Shown: positions 15,614-27,790 of the stretch, one piece after another
Layout of the letters: each line of letters starts with the position of its first letter
Numbering within the stretch: position 1 is the stretch's first letter
Assembly: GCA_002269645.1 (NCBI GenBank)
Contig: NIVC01003521.1
Span: 29,156 to 93,155 of the forward strand
DNA length: 64,000 nucleotides
Reading direction: 5' to 3'
DNA from: Macrostomum lignano
Lineage: Eukaryota
The notes under the pieces: generated by a model
What the model saw: only the letters and a program-made list of their open reading frames with translations
Databases searched by the model: none
What the model was told of the DNA's origin: nothing
Position numbers and translations under genes: made by a program

Positions 15614-17104
15614 GACTGTTGCTGGAATTTTGTTGCCGTTAGAGCTACGAACTGGCTTGTGTGCTGTTTGGAACTTCTATTTTGGAAATGCTGTTCGACA
15701 AATAGATGGTTGAAATGTGCGCTCTTCGTTGACTGTGGATTTTCTCTGGACTTTGGACTCTTTCATTTTTACTCGTAGCGTCATGGCTATTGAAGCAATT
15801 GAAAGCAGTTTACAGTTACACAAATTTATGACAAAAATGAATAAGTAAATACCATGACTCATCACTCATCACATAGGCAAAGCTCAGAGCATGGAGTTTA
15901 ATAAGCTTACTAAAAGGCTCATCAAGTACATACTTTTCGTTGCGCTGGAACATAACGGCGTAATTGAGGGAGGTGTGAGCCAGTCTTTAGGATGCGAACA
16001 AACGATTAAATATTTTACACGAAAACGTTCTTCTCTCAGATTACGAGTATTCAAGGGACGAAATGCAACGCAGAAAATATCATCTGCTTAAGCTAAAAAA
16101 AGTATAACAAAAAGTTAATAGATCAATCAAGGACTTATTTAATACTTCTAGTCCATTTCTGTCTTAAATGCATATTAAAGAATATAGACTTCCTAATACT
16201 GTGTTAGGCTGGCTGACCATAGACATATACGAGTATAATACGAGCAACGGGAAAAACAGTAAGCAAAATTTATTCAGTTTATTATCTTGAGTACAACTTT
16301 AGTTTTAATTTTTCATTTTATTATGCGATACAATTTCAAAAGAGAATAAACTGTTCTCATATCTAAAAGTTAATATAAGGTTGCTGAAATATTTCTCTAA
16401 GAATTAGCTACTGTACTTTTAAATTGAGTTCACCCGAGCGCTACGATGCTTTTCCTATGACATTGAAAACGTATTTATGAATTGCTTAATTTTTATTATT
16501 TTATTTAAACAAAACGTAACCCCTTAACAAAACCAAATAGCATCTTAAAATATATATCTGAGCATTCTTTACATTTGTTCTTTGTTCTTTTAACACTAGA
16601 TTTTTTGCGGTGCAAAATTTTGTAGCGTCGCAATTTAGTTTTTGTTAAAATTGACGAATAATTAGGTATTACATGTAATTGTTTTTATGATTCATAACTG
16701 TTTGATAATTGATTAGTCAGGGGAAGTCCTCTTTAAAAACTTTTACGAGGAGTTTTAAGGATTTAGAAGTGCTTTATTGGCTTTTTTATTTTAGGGATGC
16801 TTTTTTGTAGCGAATTTAAACTCACTTTGCAAGCGTAATTTTGAGAAATTTTTATTACAACTATACTTTTAATTAATGGATTTGTTAGTTCCGAGACAGA
16901 TAGACAAACATTTAATTTAAACTATCCTCTGCATATTGAAAATTTTAATTTTTCAACATTTATAAATGATTAATTTGTTTAAATGCCTATCTAAATACCT
17001 CTTCGGAAACCTGTAATGGCTACTGGAGAAAAAAAGTTGTTAACTGTTTGCTAATTATCAGAAAAAAATCTATTGTTGCTATTTGCAAAGCTATGCAGTA
17101 TATG

Positions 17105-17560
17105 TTATGTATCATCGGCGGAAGCAGTGGCAGAATCAGTGGCAGCAGGAGCAGCGTCAGGAGCAGTGGCAGAAGCAGTGGCAGAATCAGTGGCAGCGGA
17201 GACAGCGCCAAAACTCCTCGCTAGAGCGCGCCGACCAGCTCGATGCGCGTACCCGCCTGGCAGCAGGCGGTCCACCGCCCAGGCCAGGTCGGCGTCTGTC
17301 AGGGTGCGCCGGCCGGCCAGACGAGACCAGGCGCCAGCGGTCTCGGCCAGCAGATCAAAGGCGCCGACAATCAGACAGTCGAGCGTTCGCACCGCCTCGC
17401 ATGAGATGCGGGCGCCCGGCTGCACGGCTTGCAGAGTGGCATAAATCTCCTTGGAGAAGCTGCAATCTGGCGACCAACTTTTTTTTGATTGGCGGCGCGC
17501 GAAATTGGAGCTGAATGGCGCTAAGCGCCTCTTTCTGCTGCTACTACCAGAAGAAGCCAT
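17105..17560 (-). CDS. Divergent, intronless histone H2B variant (start at MASSG, 17560, or at the upstream ATG, 17596)
   Basis: SFSKEIYATLQAVQPGARISCEAVRTLDCLIVGAFDLLAETAGAWSRLAGRRTLTDADLAWAVDRLLPG aligns by eye to the H2B fold ([69 protein letters not shown]); basic N-tail. Confidence 0.75.
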   Translation of the reverse strand: MASSGSSSRKRRLAPFSSNFARRQSKKSWSPDCSFSKEIYATLQAVQPGARISCEAVRTLDCLIVGAFDLLAETAGAWSRLAGRRTLTDADLAWAVDRLLPGGYAHRAGRRALARSFGAVSAATDSATASATAPDAAPAATDSATASADDT

Positions 17561-18596
17561 TTTTCTACTGCACGGCTCGTACGTATTGACGACCATAAAT
17601 CAACTGCTTCACTGCGTTTTAGGAATGGCTGATTTGAAATGACAAACTTTCATGCAGATGGCTCGTAAAAAACTGTCTATGGGGAGCTGGCCGACAGATG
17701 GGCAATTTTTACGCAATGGGCGCGACGGGTTGAGCTTCTAGTGTACATATACCGTAGGGGGGTTGAAAATATTGAGCCAATGTGTACACTCTTGCCGCAG
17801 TTTATAGGTTTTCACTTTCATTAATGTACAAAAGCTTCGTAGTTAGGCTTTGGTTCCTGTCAAAAATCAAGACGGTAGGGTCAGGGGCAGCCAGTGAATA
17901 AGACAAGCAGTCAGGCCCGACTGAGAACACACACGCTCACACAGGGTGTACATCGGCCCCGACTTTCTCGTCATCTGGCATATACACTCTTGGTGCTTTG
18001 GGGGTTGGATTGATGAAGCGCACAAGCCACAAGAATGAATGCGGCCGCGCACTGAAGCGAACCAGGGGTCGCGACGCCAGAGTCAGACGCGCTTAGCGCT
18101 AAGCTGAGCAACTCTCTGTGACAGAACAAGGAACTTAAAGTTGAAACTTCTGAAAAATTATGAAAACAACAAACTTAATTGAAACGCTAAACTCTTACGC
18201 TGAGTTCTGTGTTTGCGGGGAACGTAAGAGCCCACCTTGGGCATTATGCACAGTGAGTCAGTCTTATTTTTGCTTAAATGAGCATAAGTTTACCTATGTA
18301 CTTAGAATGCCTCTGTGCAACCTTTCTGCTCTCCCCATCTTACTAAAAAAAAATAGATGTTCTCAGCGAACTTGCATCCACTCTGTGTGTCTCTTCTTTG
18401 ACTTGCTATCTGCGTGCTATTGTATTGTGTATAAACTCGCTTTCTGGCGTCTCCAGTTATCAAAAGCACTCGAAGCTCTCTGCTGCGGCACCAGTTAGCA
18501 ACTAATTCAACAATATTTCATAATTTGCTTAACAATAATAAACCCCAGCAGCCAAAGCAGCTGCAACAAGCATAAGTCAGCTCGAACATATCTGGA

Positions 18597-21500
18597 ATGC
18601 AAAAACAGCAACGTCAAAAGCAGCAGCAGCCAGAAGAAAGCAGCCATGCTCCAGTCAGCAGACGTCAGTCAGCTTATCAGCAGGAGCAGCAGCCGAAGCA
18701 AGAGTGGATGCCGCTGCCCGACTCGCCTGGCGGCTACCCGCCTGGCCTGCGCTACCTCATGCAGGTGGACCAGCTTATCATCAAGCAGCAGAAGGAGGTG
18801 ATGGAGAGTGAGTACTGGGCTCTGCATTGATTAGTTGTTTATTTAATCCAAGAGGCTTTGGGCTCTTCTGCATTACGCTGACCCCTGAGCACATACAGGC
18901 TCACTCAGGGTGTACAGCGGCCCTGACTTTCTATGAACCAGACAGTGCATGTACACTCTGTGCCTTGGAGGTTGGCCCTCATGGGCATCGAATCGCAAGA
19001 TAATCCCTAGGCTAATCTCCGTGCACGCGGACGGAATTGCGCAAGAGTCGGACGTGTTATTGGCGAGTCACCTCTTAACGCCATCTCTCAAATTTATGCT
19101 TCTAAGATAAAAAACACTTTTTTAGTATTGTGATTTATTAAGTAATAAAACTATTGCTACAAAATCGACAGTTCTGATTGGCCTGGACCTGCCTAATCAA
19201 TACGTTGTGCTCAACACAATGGGTCAGCCGATCTACTTTGCTAACGAGAGTAAGTCTAGTTTGTCATGACGCTGTTTGTTAGTTCTGACTGGTTTTATGG
19301 ATCAATTGTGTCTGATAGTAGGTTAGGCTTTTGGCGTTGGTCATCAATCCAATCAAATTGGTCATTAGTGTTGGTCATCAATCCAATCAAATTGGTCATT
19401 AGTGTTGGTCACCAATCCAATCAAATTGGTCAGTTAGTGTTGGTCATCAGTCATATCAAATTGGTCAGTTAGTGTTGGTCATCAGTCATATCAAATTGGT
19501 CAGTTAGTGTTGGTCATCAGTCATATCAAATTGGTCAGTTAGTGTTGGTCATCAGTCATATCAAATTGGTCAGTTAGTGTTGGTCATCAGTCATATCAAA
19601 TTGGTCAGTTAGTGTTGGTCATCAGTCATATCAAATTGGTCAGTTAGTGTTGGTCATCAGTCATATCAAATTGGTCATTAGTGTTGGTCATCAGTCATAT
19701 CAAATTGGTCAGTTAGTGTTGGTCATCAGTCATATCAAATTGGTCAGTTAGTGTTGGTCATCAATCCAATCAAATTGGTCAGTTAGTGTTGGTCATCAGT
19801 CATATCAAATTGGTCAGTTAGTGTTGGTCATCAGTCATATCAAATTGGTCAGTTAGTGTTGGTCATCAGTCATATCAAATTGGTCAGTTAGTGTTGGTCA
19901 TCAGTCATATCAAATTGGTCAGTTAGTGTTGGTCATCAGTCATATCAAATTGGTCAGTTAGTGTTGGTATCAGTCATATCAAATTGGTCATTAGTGTTGG
20001 TCATCAGTCATATCAAATTGGTCAGTTAGTGTTGGTCATCAGTCATATCAAATTGGTCAGTTAGTGTTGGTCATCAGTCATATCAAATTGGTCAGTTAGT
20101 GTTGGTCATCAGTCATATCAAATTGGTCAGTTAGTGTTTGTCTCCATCTTTCAAAGCCAAGACATTTCAAATACCCTCCATTCGCAACACCTCAGAATCG
20201 AGCAGCGTCGCTCGAAACTGCTGCGGCGCGGCGCGACCATTTGAGTTGAACATCACGGACATCAGCGGAGAGGAGGTGATCCACGTGTCCAGGCCCTACC
20301 GGTGCATGTGCCTTCACCAGGGCCTGTCCTGCCTCAACTGTTGCAAAGACTTGGTCACGGTTGAGGCCCCGCCCGGCCAGCTGGTCGGCCAGGTCAGGCA
20401 AATCCATCGCCGCTGCGAGGCCACCTACGAGATTTTGGACTCGGCAGGGGACAAAGTGCTCAGCATTGACGGGCCGAATTACTGCCACTGCTACTGTCCG
20501 GGCGACGATATTCCCTTCTCGGTGGGTTCCTATGCTGGTTTTTTAATTTAACACTTCAACCCCTGCAACAGCTCAAAACTGCAACACCTCAAACCCCGCA
20601 ACACCTCAAACCCTGAAACACCTCAAACCCTGAAACACCTCAAACCCTGCAACAGCTCAAAACTGCAACACCTCAAACCCCGCAACACCTCAAACCCTGA
20701 AACACCTCAAACCCTGAAACACCTCAAACCCTGAAACACCTCAAACCCTGCAACACCTCAAACCCTGAAACACCTCAAACCTTGCAACAGCTCAAACCCT
20801 GCAACACCTCAAACCCTGCAAATACTCAAATCCTGCAACACCTCAAACCCTGCAACACCTCAAACCCTGCAAATACTCAAATCCTGCAACACCTCAAACC
20901 CTGCAACCTCAAACCCTGCAACACCCCAACCCCTGCAACACCTCAAACCCTGCAACACCTCAAACCCTGCAAATACTCAAATCCTGCAACACCTCAAACC
21001 CTGCAACACCTCAAACCCTGCAACACCCCAACCCCTGCAACACCTCAAACCCTGCAACACCCCAACCCCTGCAACACATCGAAACCTGCAACACCTCAAC
21101 TCCTACAACACCTCAACTCCTACACCTCCAACCCTGCAATCAGTAATTACAGACAGCAGACATTTGTATACCCGAAAAACCAGTTTTAGTTGGACGATCA
21201 TCCAGTTTTTACACATTTATTTTTAGAACAGCAACAAAAACAGCAAGAGCATTTTTGTCTTTATCTTTATAGCTTTGTTTCGACAATGGTAGTTTAGGTT
21301 GTCTGTACAGACTCATAAGAGTGTTTATCAATTTTAGCTTTGTGGCATACGAGCTATGAGCTTAAACTCAAAAGCCATTTGGAAACCATGTTGATCCATA
21401 ATTTTATGTGTAGCGCCTTTAAATAATAAAACTATCAGGTCCGCACGCACGATGGTGAAGAGGTGGGCCGAGTCTCCCGCCAGTGGTCCAATCTGATGCA

Positions 21501-21903
21501 GGAGTACTTCACAGATGCCGACAATTTTGGCATCACATTTCCAATGGATTTGCACTTCAACGTGAAAGCAACCATCATTGGAGCTTGTTTCTTAATTGTG
21601 AGTTCAGCTCAGCCGATTGGAGTGATGGTCGAGCTGATTGGGGTGGTGGCCCAGCTGATTGGGGTGGTGGCCCAGCTGATTGGGGTGGTGGCCCAGCTGA
21701 TTGGGGTGGTGGTCCAGCTGATTGGGGTGGTGGCCCAGCTGATTGGGGTGGTGGCCCAGCTGATTGGGGTGGTGGCTCAGCTGATTGGTGTGATTGTCAT
21801 TATAAAAAAGTTTTGGTACAAAATGAAGAAACAATTTATAATTAAATACAAACTTCAATTCCAGGACTTTATGTTCTTTGAGAAAGGCGGCAGAATGTAC
21901 TGA
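18597..21903 (+). CDS. PLSCR: Phospholipid scramblase; exons 18597-18807, 19172-19249, 20196-20521, 21439-21597, 21865-21903
   Basis: [102 protein letters not shown]; phases consistent. Confidence 0.92.
19340..20137 (+). repeat. Intronic minisatellite, 35-bp unit TTGGTCAGTTAGTGTTGGTCATCAGTCATATCAAA
   Basis: About 22 tandem copies. Confidence 0.95.
20555..21135 (+). repeat. Intronic degenerate minisatellite (CTGCAACACCTCAAACC core)
   Basis: Tandem variants directly after the donor at 20522. Confidence 0.9.
21630..21790 (+). repeat. Intronic 21-bp minisatellite CAGCTGATTGGGGTGGTGGCC
   Basis: About 7 copies within the last scramblase intron. Confidence 0.9.
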
Positions 21904-22674
21904 CAGTGGCATCAACATGGTCAAGGATCGCTTCATCCAATGTGTCGCTCATTTTTCTAACTTTTGAACTGCCACTGGACGAGAATCTTGCTGACTTTAA
22001 CTTACAATTACAAGTATCTGTATTTATTGCGAATAGTTGTTACCGGAGCTAGTCTTTCATAAAGGATTGTAAGCAGTTGTAATTTGGTCATCTGCTGCTT
22101 GTAATTTTTAGTCGATGATCAAGAAGCTGAAGCCTTCTAGACTCCAGTGCTGCTGCGTAAATTAATTCGAAATTGTTTTCTACTAACTACGAGTATAAAA
22201 TTTTTAACGCTTAGCTAAGTGCCTTAAGATGTAGCCATGCATGTTTCTATGAATATAATAGGTGATTGGGGTGGTAGTAGGTAGTAGTAAGTAGTAGTCT
22301 CTATAGTAAGCTATAGAGACATTTTAACTGTCAAATTAGCTACCTTTTAGTTTAAAGAATACCGCTGGAAACCGACTGGCAAGCAAGCACAACTTAAGCA
22401 AGATTTGCTGCAGAAACTTCCAAATCAAATTACCTGGAAGATTACCGGCATTCAATTAATAACGGTAAAATTTATAATTAACCTCGTGTCTTGAAACCTA
22501 GAACAATATTGAAGTGCTGATCCGGCGTACTCAGATTCGTCTTGAGTTAAATGTACTCTACGAGCTACTTCTGTTTATCTTCACAAATATCCATGTAAAT
22601 TATTGCGGTAAGCTGTTATCGTGGCTGAATGTTTTTTACTTACAATTTTGTCACTGTCAATGAGGGTGTTTGTC

Positions 22675-23195
22675 TAGCTGATGAGGATGTTAGCCCAGCT
22701 GTCATGAGGATGTTAGCCCAGCTGATGAAGATTATAGCCCAGCTGATGAGGATGTTAGCCAGCTGATGAGGATGTTAGCCAGCTGATGAAGATTATAGCC
22801 CAGCTGATGAGGATGTTCGCACAGCTGATGAGGATGTTAGCCCAGCTGTCATGAGGATGTTAGCCCAGCTGATGAGGATGTTAGCCCAGCTGTCATGAAG
22901 ATGTTAACCCAGCTGATGAGAATGTTAGCCTAGCTGATGAGGATGTTAGCCCAGTTGATGAGGATGTTAGCCAGCTGATGATGATGTTAGCCGAGCTGAT
23001 GAATATTATAGCCCAGCTGATGAGGATGTTAGCCCAGCTGATGAGGATGTTAGCCCAGCTGTCATGAAGATGTTAACCCAGCTGATGAGGATGTTAGCCT
23101 AGCTGATGAGGATGTTAGCCCAGTTGATGAGGATGTTAGCCCGGCTGATAAGGATGTTAGCCCAGCTGATGAGGATGTTAGCCAGGCTGATGAAG
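22675..23195 (+). repeat. 21-bp minisatellite CAGCTGATGAGGATGTTAGCC
   Basis: About 24 copies between the convergent scramblase and Ig-protein genes. Confidence 0.92.
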
Positions 23196-23521
23196 ATCTT
23201 GAACCCGAAGGATTCTGGGATTAATGGTGAATCCAAGTCACTGGATGTTGTTAGACCTTTTACTTTCGACTTGCCGACAAAATTAAGTCTAAACTATGAG
23301 CAGCAGAATTAGACAAAACAGTTCAACATTATTAAGCAAACGAAGCGAAGCCGTTTGCGAATAAAAAACGTTGAAACAGGATTTTTAATGAGCTGTTTGT
23401 TAATTGAGCATCCGGTGTCTTAATTAAAGTTATGTATGTCAAAAGTTGCACCTTTAGTGCACGCTTTCACTCATCGGCAGAAACTGCATCATTACACACG
23501 AGCAGTTCAATAATAATGCAG

Positions 23522-24999
23522 CTAAATCCGGACAGAAGGGTTCGGCTGAGTTTTGACAGCTTTTGAGCCTGCCGCCGCTGGTTTATCAGCCGCTTTACTG
23601 GCGCCAGCTTCGGTGGGAGCGGCGGCAACGGTGCTTGTTCTGGCGCTGCTTCTGGCTTTGGCGCCGGAGTGAGCAGCGGCTTCGGTACCGACTTTTGCTC
23701 TGCCAATATTGGAGCTGATTCTGCTGCTCCTGACGCTGCGAACCACTCCAGTATCGACGCCTGGGCCGCTGCGCCCGGCTCCCGCCTGGCCGGCGCTTAA
23801 GCTTAACGTGCTGCCCCTACCGCCGTCGAACTCCTCGAACTCGAGTCTTTCCTCCTCCTCCTCAGCTTCGCGCCGTGCCGCGCGCCATCTTTTCTCGTAG
23901 ATACTGAGCTCGTAGACAATATAGATGGCGACAATGATCACCAGCTGGATGATCAGCACGATCAGAGGGACCAGGTAGGCGCGAGGGTGCTTCACCCGCA
24001 GGTAGATGTTTAAAGAGTTTTTGCCGCGGTCATTCTTAGCGCGACAGACGTACTGACTGCGGTGCCTGAAGTAATGGGTGGTCGTCAATGACATTTGGCT
24101 GGAGAATATTAATGCAAAGTATATCGGACTGGTATTTATGGGTGGGGAGCTGAGTATATGGCAACGCGTCCGATAGTCACGCCAATGTACCACATTAATT
24201 TGGGGCTCATTCTAAAAAGTTAAGCTTCTAAGGCTTGTCATGTCACTCACAAACACGAGGGTCTAACTCCAAGGCGCGCGTGTCTAAGATTCTTTGTTTA
24301 ATTAAACAACACAGTAAGTAGCTCCCAGACCTACTTGTAGTAGTCCAATTTGGCGAATTCCAGCTTGTCTCCTTTCCCAACCGGCACCTCCTGCCTCTGT
24401 TTATCGACCAGTTGAATCTTGAACCATGTGACTTCAGCAGTCGGATAGCCGCGCACCTCGCAGGTGACAGAGAGCCGGCTGCCGTGAATAGCGGGCAGGT
24501 CGGCCTGTTTAGCGTAGGCCTCGCGATCCGCCTCTTTCTCGTAGCCGCCGCCTTCAATGCTGAGGCTCAACAGCGGCACAGACAGGAATGCGATGGTGGT
24601 GCTGAATTTCTGACCGTTGCTTTCTCCCGCGCACGTGTAAGCCGATGCCTTCGCCAGCTTGGATTTGCTCAGCGTCACTTTGGCTCGAAATGTTTTCTTA
24701 TCGCCGGACAACTCGCTGGCTACAGCTGGCTGCGAACTGGCGTCGCCCAGGGTCTGCAGGCTGATCTTCGGATCCTTCAGCTCGCTCGTCCCAACCAGCT
24801 CGCAACTGATGGACAGGTCCTCGTTGGTTGACTTGATTTGAAGCTCGGGTCCCAGCTTATATCGATTAAACACGCTGGTCTCAGTTTTCTTTACAGGCAC
24901 TGTAGCGTTGTGTCCGACAATTTTTACCGAGGCGCTTACGGCTAGGGCTAATGAAGCCAGCTGTAGAAAGACTGTGAGATACAGTCTCTTCTCAACCAT
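23522..24999 (-). CDS. Basigin/neuroplastin-like type I membrane protein with two Ig domains; exons 24999-24335 and 24065-23522
   Basis: Signal peptide; Ig cysteine pairs (LSISCEL...YTCAG; LSVTCEVRGYPTAEVTWFK...YVCRAKN); TM AYLVPLIVLIIQLVIIVAIYIVYE followed by IYEKR, as in basigin IIFIYEKRR; acidic/Ala-rich tail. Confidence 0.78.
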
Positions 25000-26513
25000 T
25001 TTCGGATGCGTCAAAATGATTTACGCGTTTGTTTTTCTTAATTAAGACAAATCTTTAAACATCTCTTTGCGCGTCATAATCAACGACAAGTCTACATCAG
25101 GAGTTTTGTCTATGGTTTTAGGAGTAGGCTTGTTGTCTATGGTAAAATCCCCTTTACGAGTACGGATACAGATATGCAAACGTACAAAGATACTTATATA
25201 CTTTAAGCTCGATGTGTATGATTCTGCTACCTTCTTCGTAGCTTATTTTAATTTTTTGAAGCCATTTCGAAGTCTCTGAATACAGGCAGAGATTTGCTTC
25301 TGCATAGATGCAAAGAACTAGCATTTCTAGCATTTTACCATTAGACGATAAGCCTCGCGACGGGGATCTCGCGAGGCGAATTTGTCCTCCTAAATTTGAG
25401 GCATTCATTTATCAGCTAATAGATCTTTTTTAAAAGTTCGTTTTGCTTCCCCTTAACCGTGACTTTTGTTTGGCTGTAAGGTGCCGTATGGACGATATTG
25501 TGTAATTTCTTTTCATTCCTATAGAACGGAGTGCATGCATTAGATAATTATTATTTTTCAACCCATTTATTTCTGTCTAATGCAATGTGACTATTAACAT
25601 ATTAGTAATATTTAATTACGACTCATTACTCAGCACACGTCTCTCTTCTCTTCTCTCCTGCCCTGTATCCGACATTTCTGTATAGGGTAAATTGTTAAGC
25701 GCTCTAGTCTCTTCATTAGCCTGTCTACGTGCTTTCCACCTCGCCCCCCCCCCCCCCAATGGAAATAGCCAATTACACTGAAAAACTTTCAGCAAACACT
25801 CCACGCAACCGAACTGAGTCTTAAGGCATACAGTTTAGCGTCAAACCCTCTTCTAGTTTATTTTCCGATGAGATGCAATGTCGAACTACTTTGCAACATA
25901 AGAAATAGCCAAGCTGTGCCAAGCCTCAGCTTCTACAAGACTTTGCGTTTTTCTAATTTTAGCATTGCAACAGATGGCTAGAAAACGTCATAGTGATGCT
26001 AGCACGAGAAGCGATAATGCACAAGTTAAGCAAAACAAGCCATGCGACAATTTCAGTAGAGAGAATCTGACAGCTTGGAAAAAATATAAGATTTGAGCGA
26101 ATACATTTAGTATATCTGTTATGTCTGCCTAAGTAAAAGAAAATAGATATTCTTGCACAATTATCCTACAAGCGTAGAGATCAAGTGCAGCATTAACATT
26201 TTTAGCAGTTAATAATTAAATAACGTGGCAGAACTCTGCGTAGCATTGTCAAGAAGCAGCATAGCGGCACAGTACAAAGATACAGGAGAATCTATAGTTA
26301 AAACCAAAAAATGACGCTTAAACAAGTCAGTCGTAAAACACCCTAAGTAATCCATACTAAGTACAGTGGATGGGCAACTCTGCAGAAAATAGCTGTTGTC
26401 TATGGCTTCAAGTCGGAAAAAACATTACATGCGTTATCTAAATGAGAGCAGTATCGTACTGTGAACCTTGTTCTGTATGTATAGTTTGCTGTCCGTAGCA
26501 GTTCGTCCATAAA

Positions 26514-27032
26514 TCAGGCATACTGGGGCGGATAGGCCGGCGGCGGACCCGGCGGGTAGGCGGTGTCCGGCTGGGTCGCCCCGGGCGCTACCGGCGGGTA
26601 CATCTGGCTCTCGCTGTAGTTCGGCGGCTTCATCTGCAGCTGAGCGGGATACTGCTGCTGCTGCGGATTCGTAGGATAGGCGCCGTTGCTGCTGCTGGCA
26701 GGTGGCGGGATGGTCATGACCGCTCCCGTAGTGGCCGGTCTGACGCTTCGCTTATTGGCAGACTTGCAGACACAGCAGACTACAACGATGACAGTCACAA
26801 CGACACCGATGAACACCAAGGCGCCAACAATGGCTCCAGCGATGCAGCCAACTGAGCAGGAGAGGTAATAGTAGGAGTAGGAGCTTCTGTACGAGTAGCT
26901 TCTGTAGTACGAGTACGAGTATCTGTATGAAGAATAATAATATGTGTAGTAAACTGCATCCACAGCCTGCAGTAGAAGCAGAAAGCAGATCAGATAAGCC
27001 GGCAGCAGAGCAGCTCTGATTCCGAACGTCAT
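26514..27032 (-). CDS. Tyr/Ser-rich-ectodomain, single-TM, PPxY-tail protein, paralogue A (CYYR1/Shisa-like architecture)
   Basis: Intronless 172-aa ORF: signal peptide, VYYTYYYSSYRYSYSYYRSYSYRSSYSYYY, CSVGC, TM, CCVCK, PPNY/PPAY tail. Confidence 0.85.
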   Translation of the reverse strand: MTFGIRAALLPAYLICFLLLLQAVDAVYYTYYYSSYRYSYSYYRSYSYRSSYSYYYLSCSVGCIAGAIVGALVFIGVVVTVIVVVCCVCKSANKRSVRPATTGAVMTIPPPASSSNGAYPTNPQQQQYPAQLQMKPPNYSESQMYPPVAPGATQPDTAYPPGPPPAYPPQYA

Positions 27033-27659
27033 TGTGCTCAGGAAATTAATCGAATATGCGAGTCGTTACGGTTGCAGCTTTAGCGCAGAATCTGTCTAGC
27101 GTCGTCACTGTGCGCCTTGGCTACAAATATCTTTTTTGGGCCCAAAACTGCTGCGCCCGCCCGCGCTGGCTTTATTGACCCTCGGTAACCATTGGATTCG
27201 AGCCAACTCAAGCCTACTCAAACCAAGTCTACCTTCTCTCTGTCTGCCTTTATTCTGCATGCATCCATCCCCTGCTTCTCTTAGATATTTTTATCACACT
27301 GCAGCTTGTACATGTATGCACCTCTAACCAAGCTCTGTTGGTTACAGAAACTCGGTAAAAACGTACTGATGTGAGCTGCCTGACATTAATACAGAACAAT
27401 GCTACGCTTGATTTTTACACTAGTTAGCTATCTAGCAATGCTTGCTCAAGAAAAAGAAACCATCTCTTTTTGTCAATTTTCCGCTATTAACGTTATAGAA
27501 CGTACTGTAATATCCTACAGTTTAATTTGATTCGTTTGACGACTCTATTCTGTGATTGAGGCGATAAAAATGCACGATTCAAACACTATAAGCTTCTGCA
27601 ACTTTGTAGTTCGTCTACCTTGTCGATCTCGTCCCGCATGACGTTCACAAAGATACGAG

Positions 27660-27790
27660 ACTAAACGTCTCCGGCTGGTCTGGGCTGTCTTTCGTTCTGG
27701 GTAGGCAGTCCTGCAGTCGGAAGCCCTACCAGACGCCAGAGGGCGGGTTTGTTCCAGGTGGTGTTCTGAATGGGGATCATGGCTAGAGCG
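27660..27790 (+). mobile_element. Fragment of the RTE-like LINE also present at 62870-64000
   Basis: Translates as RLRLVWAVFRSG*AVLQSEALPDARG, matching RRRGLAWAAFRSIRSVLQSEALPDARG of the LINE at the window end. Confidence 0.75.

Noticed and set aside
16215-17683. CCATAGACA...TGTCTATGG inverted 9-mers flanking the H2B variant, suggesting capture by a transposon
   Set aside because: Too short, no TSD, and CATAGAC occurs elsewhere in the window
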